Under the pieces are notes generated by a model. That model did no database searches, had not been told where the DNA came from, and saw only the letters and a list, made by a program, of their open reading frames with translations. Below are positions 60,078 to 64,000 of a stretch of DNA of 64,000 nucleotides, piece after piece. Source of the DNA: Candidatus Latescibacterota bacterium. Its GTDB lineage: Bacteria; Latescibacterota; UBA2968; UBA8231. The stretch spans positions 448,001-512,000 of the forward strand of contig OZ241889.1 in the NCBI GenBank assembly GCA_965203355.1, written 5' to 3'. Made by a program: the position numbers and the translations under genes. Within the stretch, counting starts at the first letter, position 1, and the number at the start of each line of letters is the position of its first letter.

Positions 60078-60197
60078 GATAACATTATCCTGATGAAGGA
60101 ACTGACCGATCAGGAACGCCTCATGTTTCAGACCGAATTCAACGCTGTGCGGAAGGTTAGCCATATTCTTGGGTGGTTTGGGTACGCATCATTCCAT
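60078..60197 (+). pseudogene. Relic of a TM2-domain membrane protein
   Basis: MKELTDQERLMFQTEFNAVRK followed, in a shifted frame, by AIFLGGLGTHH (TM2 FLG.LG.H motif). Confidence 0.55.
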
Positions 60198-60392
60198 CAT
60201 CGCCCTTATAGAAGCATTTTTGATGTCGGATCGAATCCGCACCTACAACGCAGAAAGAGCCGATGAAAAGGCTGTACGATAGTAACAAACCTTTCCCAAG
60301 GAAGTTTCATTAAACCAATGAGTGAATCTACGGGCAGAGGTGATGGCGAGTCTTGCCGTTCCACGCAATGGCTTGGTCGCAGTCCGCAGCGC

Positions 60393-61250
60393 ATGAAGCG
60401 AACAGCGACATGCGGACCTGTGGCCATCCAAGGAAATGTCGGATCGTTCAGCGAGGCGGCAGCGCGAGCCTACTTTTCCTCAGCGATACAACTGGCACCA
60501 CAGCCGAACTTCAAGGCACTTTTCGCCGCCGTGGAAGACGGGTCTTGCGCTTGCGGCGTCGTGCCCATCGAAAACTCGCTGATGGGCAGCATCCACGAAA
60601 ACTACGACCTGCTGCTGCAGAGCAACGTACACATCGTAGGCGAAATCAAGCTGCGCATCGTCCACAACCTCATCGTCAATCCGGGCGTCCAGCTAGCGGA
60701 CATCCGCTACATTGCGTCGCAGCCGCCCGCCTTGGCTCAATGCACTCGCTTCATCCACTCGTTGGCAGGTGCTCAGACGATAGCGGCGGACGATACGGCT
60801 GGCGCAGTCAAAGATCTGGCCGAGAGCGGCGACCGCGACCGCGGGGCCATCGCCGGAACGCACGCCGCCGCCGCGTACGGGATGGAGATTCTCGTCCCCG
60901 GCATTGAGGACGCCCCGCACAATTTTACCCGCTTCTTGGTGGTGAGCCGGCGCGCCACGCCAGCACCGACTGATCCAGCCAAAACCACGCTCGTCTTTGG
61001 GCTAAAGCACGTGCCCGGCGCACTGTGCCAGAGCCTTGCGGCCTTTGCCGAGCGCGGCATCAACCTGCTCAAAATCGAGTCGCGGCCCAGGCCCGAGCGG
61101 CCTTGGGAATACGTCTTCTATCTCGATTTAGAGGGCCACTTGGAGCAAGCCGCTTGTGCCCAAGCCGTGGCGCAACTTCAGGAGACCACCGAATTCGTCC
61201 GCGTCTTGGGCTCGTACCAGCAGGGCAACACGGTGGCTGATAGTCAGTAG
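60393..61250 (+). CDS. pheA: Prephenate dehydratase with ACT domain
   Basis: QG..GSFSE, VPIENS..GS, ALAQC, NFTRF, PGAL, INLLKIESRP, WEYVFYLD, LGSY. Confidence 0.93.
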   Translation: MKRTATCGPVAIQGNVGSFSEAAARAYFSSAIQLAPQPNFKALFAAVEDGSCACGVVPIENSLMGSIHENYDLLLQSNVHIVGEIKLRIVHNLIVNPGVQLADIRYIASQPPALAQCTRFIHSLAGAQTIAADDTAGAVKDLAESGDRDRGAIAGTHAAAAYGMEILVPGIEDAPHNFTRFLVVSRRATPAPTDPAKTTLVFGLKHVPGALCQSLAAFAERGINLLKIESRPRPERPWEYVFYLDLEGHLEQAACAQAVAQLQETTEFVRVLGSYQQGNTVADSQ

Positions 61251-61301
61251 CTAGTTGCCCACACTTGGGGCAACCACCGACCACCGACCACCGACCACTG
61301 A
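61241..61301. repeat. Hairpin plus (CCACCGA)x3-CCACTGA heptamers between convergent genes
   Basis: GTTGCCC...GGGCAAC stem at 61254-61274 followed by four heptamers. Confidence 0.7.
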
Positions 61302-62255
61302 TCAACCGCCTACAGCGCGGGTACGCACTTGGTCGAGGCCGACGGCCAGCAAGAGCACCCCACCGCGCGTTACATCCTGCCAAAAGCTCGACACATCCAT
61401 CAGCGTCAGTCCGTTGTTGAGCGTGCCGAGCAGCAAGACCGCCAGCAAGGTGCCCCACACCGTACCGCGCCCTCCGAAGAGACTCGTGCCGCCCAAGATC
61501 ACGGCGGCGATCACCGTCAACAAATGCTGCCCGGCAGCGTCGGGTGCTGCTGCGTAGAGCATGGCCGCGAGGATAAGGCCGCTGACCGCTCCGCTGAGGC
61601 CGGAGAGTACATAGAGGATCATCAGGGTGCGTGCGACCGGAACGCCGACCAATCGGCTCGCTTCGGGATTGCTGCCGGCCGCATAGACGAAGCGGCCAAA
61701 GCGAGTCCGCGCCAAGGTCCAGCCAAGCGCGATATACACCAGCAGCATCAGCACCAGCGGCACTGGCAAGCGCAAAAGCTGGCCACTGCCGATCCAGTTA
61801 AAACCGGGTTCCATCAGCGGCTTAGTCAGCCCGCCGGTCAGGACTAGGGCCAGCCCGCCGATGACGCTCATCGTGCCCATCGTCGCGATCAGCGGATTGA
61901 GTCCTAGGCGCACGGCCAACAGGCCGTTGAGCAACCCGATGCCCCCGCCCAGCGCCAGCGCGATGAGACAGGCCGCGACAATGCCGACGCCCGCGGCGTG
62001 GAGCAGCGCGACGACCACCCCGGCCAGCCCAGCGACTGCGGCCACTGACAGGTCGAGGCCCCCGGCGATAATCAGCGGCGTTTGCAACGCGCACATCAAG
62101 CCGATAAAGGCCATATTGGCCCCAATGCTCACCATATTGTCGAAGGACAAAAACCAAGGCGAGAGGACGCTGAAGAGCACGGCGACCAAGAGGTAGAATA
62201 TCAACAACAAGGCAACACCGGCACCGGGGCGGTTCAATAAGGAGGCAATGCTCAT
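61302..62255 (-). CDS. Sugar ABC transporter permease (RbsC-like)
   Basis: GGLDLSV, IATMG, T.FGR.VYA.G.N.EASRL.G, IAAVILGGTSL.GG.G. Confidence 0.93.
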   Translation of the reverse strand: MSIASLLNRPGAGVALLLIFYLLVAVLFSVLSPWFLSFDNMVSIGANMAFIGLMCALQTPLIIAGGLDLSVAAVAGLAGVVVALLHAAGVGIVAACLIALALGGGIGLLNGLLAVRLGLNPLIATMGTMSVIGGLALVLTGGLTKPLMEPGFNWIGSGQLLRLPVPLVLMLLVYIALGWTLARTRFGRFVYAAGSNPEASRLVGVPVARTLMILYVLSGLSGAVSGLILAAMLYAAAPDAAGQHLLTVIAAVILGGTSLFGGRGTVWGTLLAVLLLGTLNNGLTLMDVSSFWQDVTRGGVLLLAVGLDQVRTRAVGG

Positions 62256-63766
62256 GGAAGGTCTTTCGCGGTCGGAGTATGGAGCAGGTCGGCCGGAGCC
62301 GCGCCGCCAGCAAAGCGGCTCGACACCCGACCGCGGTCGAGGACGATGGAGCGGTCGCAGACGCCAGCGACTTCTTCGGCGTCCGAGGAAACCAAGAGTA
62401 CGGCAAGCCCTTGTTGAGTCCACTGCCGCAGTGCCAAGTAGAGCGCACGGCGAGCCCCCACATCCACGCCGCGGGTCGGTTCTTCGAGGATGAGCACCGC
62501 GAGATCTTCGACCAACCAGCGGGCCAAGCATGCCTTTTGCTGATTGCCGCCCGAGAGCAAGCGCAGCGGTTGGTCGAGGTGGGCAGCGCGAATCCCCAAG
62601 CGGTCGATCCAGCTTTGCGCGTGGCTTGTTTCGCGCGGCTTGGACACGGAAAACAAGCGCACGAAGCGGTCGATAAAGGGCAAGGTGATATTGGCCCGGA
62701 CGCCGAGGTCCGGGACGATGCCCTCGCGCTGGCGTTCGGCCGCGACAAAACCGATACCCGCGTCGCGGCCCCGGCGCGGGTCGGTCGGGACATAGGGCGC
62801 GCCTCCAAGTGCAATGCGTGTGCCAGATAGCGGACCCAGCGCACCATAGACGGCCCGGCCAAGCTGGTCAATCCCCGAGCCGAGTAGGCCGAAGACGCCG
62901 AGAATCTCACCTTGGCGGAGCGAGAAGGACACGCGGTCGAGCACACCGGGCAGGCTCAGATTTTCAACCTCCAGCGCGACTGCGCCAGTGCTCGCGCCGC
63001 GCGGAGGGTAGAGTTCATCAACAGTTGTGCCGAGCATGGCGTCGAGCACCTCGCGCCGCGAAGCAGTGGTCGCGAAGTTGCCAGCGTTCAGCCCATCGCG
63101 GAGTACGGTGATGCGGTCGGCGATCTCGAAGACCTCGTCGAGGTAATGGGAGATATAGACGATGCCGATCTGCTGCGCCTTGAGCCGCTCGACGACGGCG
63201 AAGAGTGCCCTTACCTCGCGGTCGGCGAGGGAGGCGGTTGGCTCGTCCATGACGATGACCCGCGCTTGGCCTGCGAGGGCACGGGCGATTTCCACTAGGC
63301 GCTTGTGTGGCGCGGAGAGTTGGTGTACTGGCGCATCGGGATCGAGGTCGCAGCCGAGCCGATCGAGCAGTGCCCGCGCTCTTGCACGCAGTTCCGGGCG
63401 ATCTACTTCCCGGCCAAACCACGAGCGTTTGCGCGGCAGGTCGGCGATGAGGATGTTTTCGGCGACTGTGAGGTCGGGCAAAACCGACACTTCCTGCGGT
63501 AAAAAGCGGACGCCGTGAGCGATGGCTTCTTCGGGCCGATCGCAGTGTACTGCTTGGTCGCCGAGGCGGATGGAGCCAGCGTCGCGGCTGTACACGCCGC
63601 AGAGAATTTTCACTAGCGTGGACTTACCCGCTCCGTTGGCACCCAGCAGCGCTAAGACCTCTCCAGCGTCTAAGCCGAGCTCGACCTCGCGCAACACTTG
63701 GGCACTGCCGAAGGATTTGCAGATGCCTGCCATCTGCAACAGAGGCGCGGTATGGACCATGCTCAT
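62252..63766 (-). CDS. Sugar ABC transporter ATP-binding protein (RbsA-like)
   Basis: GANGAGKST, MDEPTA, YISH, LSGGNQQK, EPTRGVDVGA. Confidence 0.95.
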   Translation of the reverse strand: MSMVHTAPLLQMAGICKSFGSAQVLREVELGLDAGEVLALLGANGAGKSTLVKILCGVYSRDAGSIRLGDQAVHCDRPEEAIAHGVRFLPQEVSVLPDLTVAENILIADLPRKRSWFGREVDRPELRARARALLDRLGCDLDPDAPVHQLSAPHKRLVEIARALAGQARVIVMDEPTASLADREVRALFAVVERLKAQQIGIVYISHYLDEVFEIADRITVLRDGLNAGNFATTASRREVLDAMLGTTVDELYPPRGASTGAVALEVENLSLPGVLDRVSFSLRQGEILGVFGLLGSGIDQLGRAVYGALGPLSGTRIALGGAPYVPTDPRRGRDAGIGFVAAERQREGIVPDLGVRANITLPFIDRFVRLFSVSKPRETSHAQSWIDRLGIRAAHLDQPLRLLSGGNQQKACLARWLVEDLAVLILEEPTRGVDVGARRALYLALRQWTQQGLAVLLVSSDAEEVAGVCDRSIVLDRGRVSSRFAGGAAPADLLHTPTAKDLP

Positions 63767-63767
63767 G

Positions 63768-64000
63768 CTAGTGAGCGGGGATCAACTGCTCGTAGCCGGC
63801 GAGTTCGGGCTTGTCCGCGAGGGTGGCCAAGTGTTCGACAAAGGCTTCCTGCGGGAAGACGTAGGCGAAGCCCGGATCGCCTTGGCATTCGTATTCGGGA
63901 TAGAATTGACAAACGTTGGCCGGGCTGATCATCACGTGGTTGACGGTGACCGCTGGCGGCACGTCGCGGCCGGCTAAGCGCATCAAGCTCAGCGGGATAA
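63768..64000 (-). CDS. Probable C-terminus of the sugar ABC substrate-binding protein (partial)
   Basis: L.G.DVP...V....I.P.NV motif, directly upstream of the ATPase; runs off the window. Confidence 0.55.
   Translation of the reverse strand, partial: IPLSLMRLAGRDVPPAVTVNHVMISPANVCQFYPEYECQGDPGFAYVFPQEAFVEHLATLADKPELAGYEQLIPAH

Overview
A gene-dense, GC-rich bacterial chromosomal window. The YPNPFNP/FlgD-Ig C-terminal domain, the many PhyH and Gfo/Idh/MocA paralogues and the Calx-beta-like/Ig surface protein suggest an FCB-group organism such as Latescibacterota or Gemmatimonadota, possibly host-associated; this is inference only. Recognisable housekeeping genes are katG, fhs, ftsY, queG, uppS-cdsA-rseP (rseP frameshifted), 5-formyl-THF cyclo-ligase, dusB, ino1, pnuC and pheA, plus an lpoB envelope operon, many sugar/organic-acid catabolic enzymes, a TonB-dependent receptor and a sugar ABC transporter. 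I found no rRNA, tRNA, cas, integrase or transposase genes. The most notable items are: (1) a five-gene MpaB/Lcp-like heme oxygenase + FAD oxidoreductase + MMPL + LolA-like + outer-membrane barrel operon; (2) a voltage-sensor ion channel with a non-canonical filter (TGGYAD) and an inserted beta-rich repeat domain; (3) a CLC protein with Gln in place of the gating Glu; (4) two copies of a ~142-bp MITE with terminal inverted repeats and TGA/TAA target duplications; (5) a 1434-aa mosaic surface protein bracketed by diverged ~100-bp direct repeats next to sigma70-like promoters, with a G15 tract in its leader; (6) a degenerate CRISPR-like repeat cluster without cas genes; and (7) several short gene relics suggesting deletional erosion.
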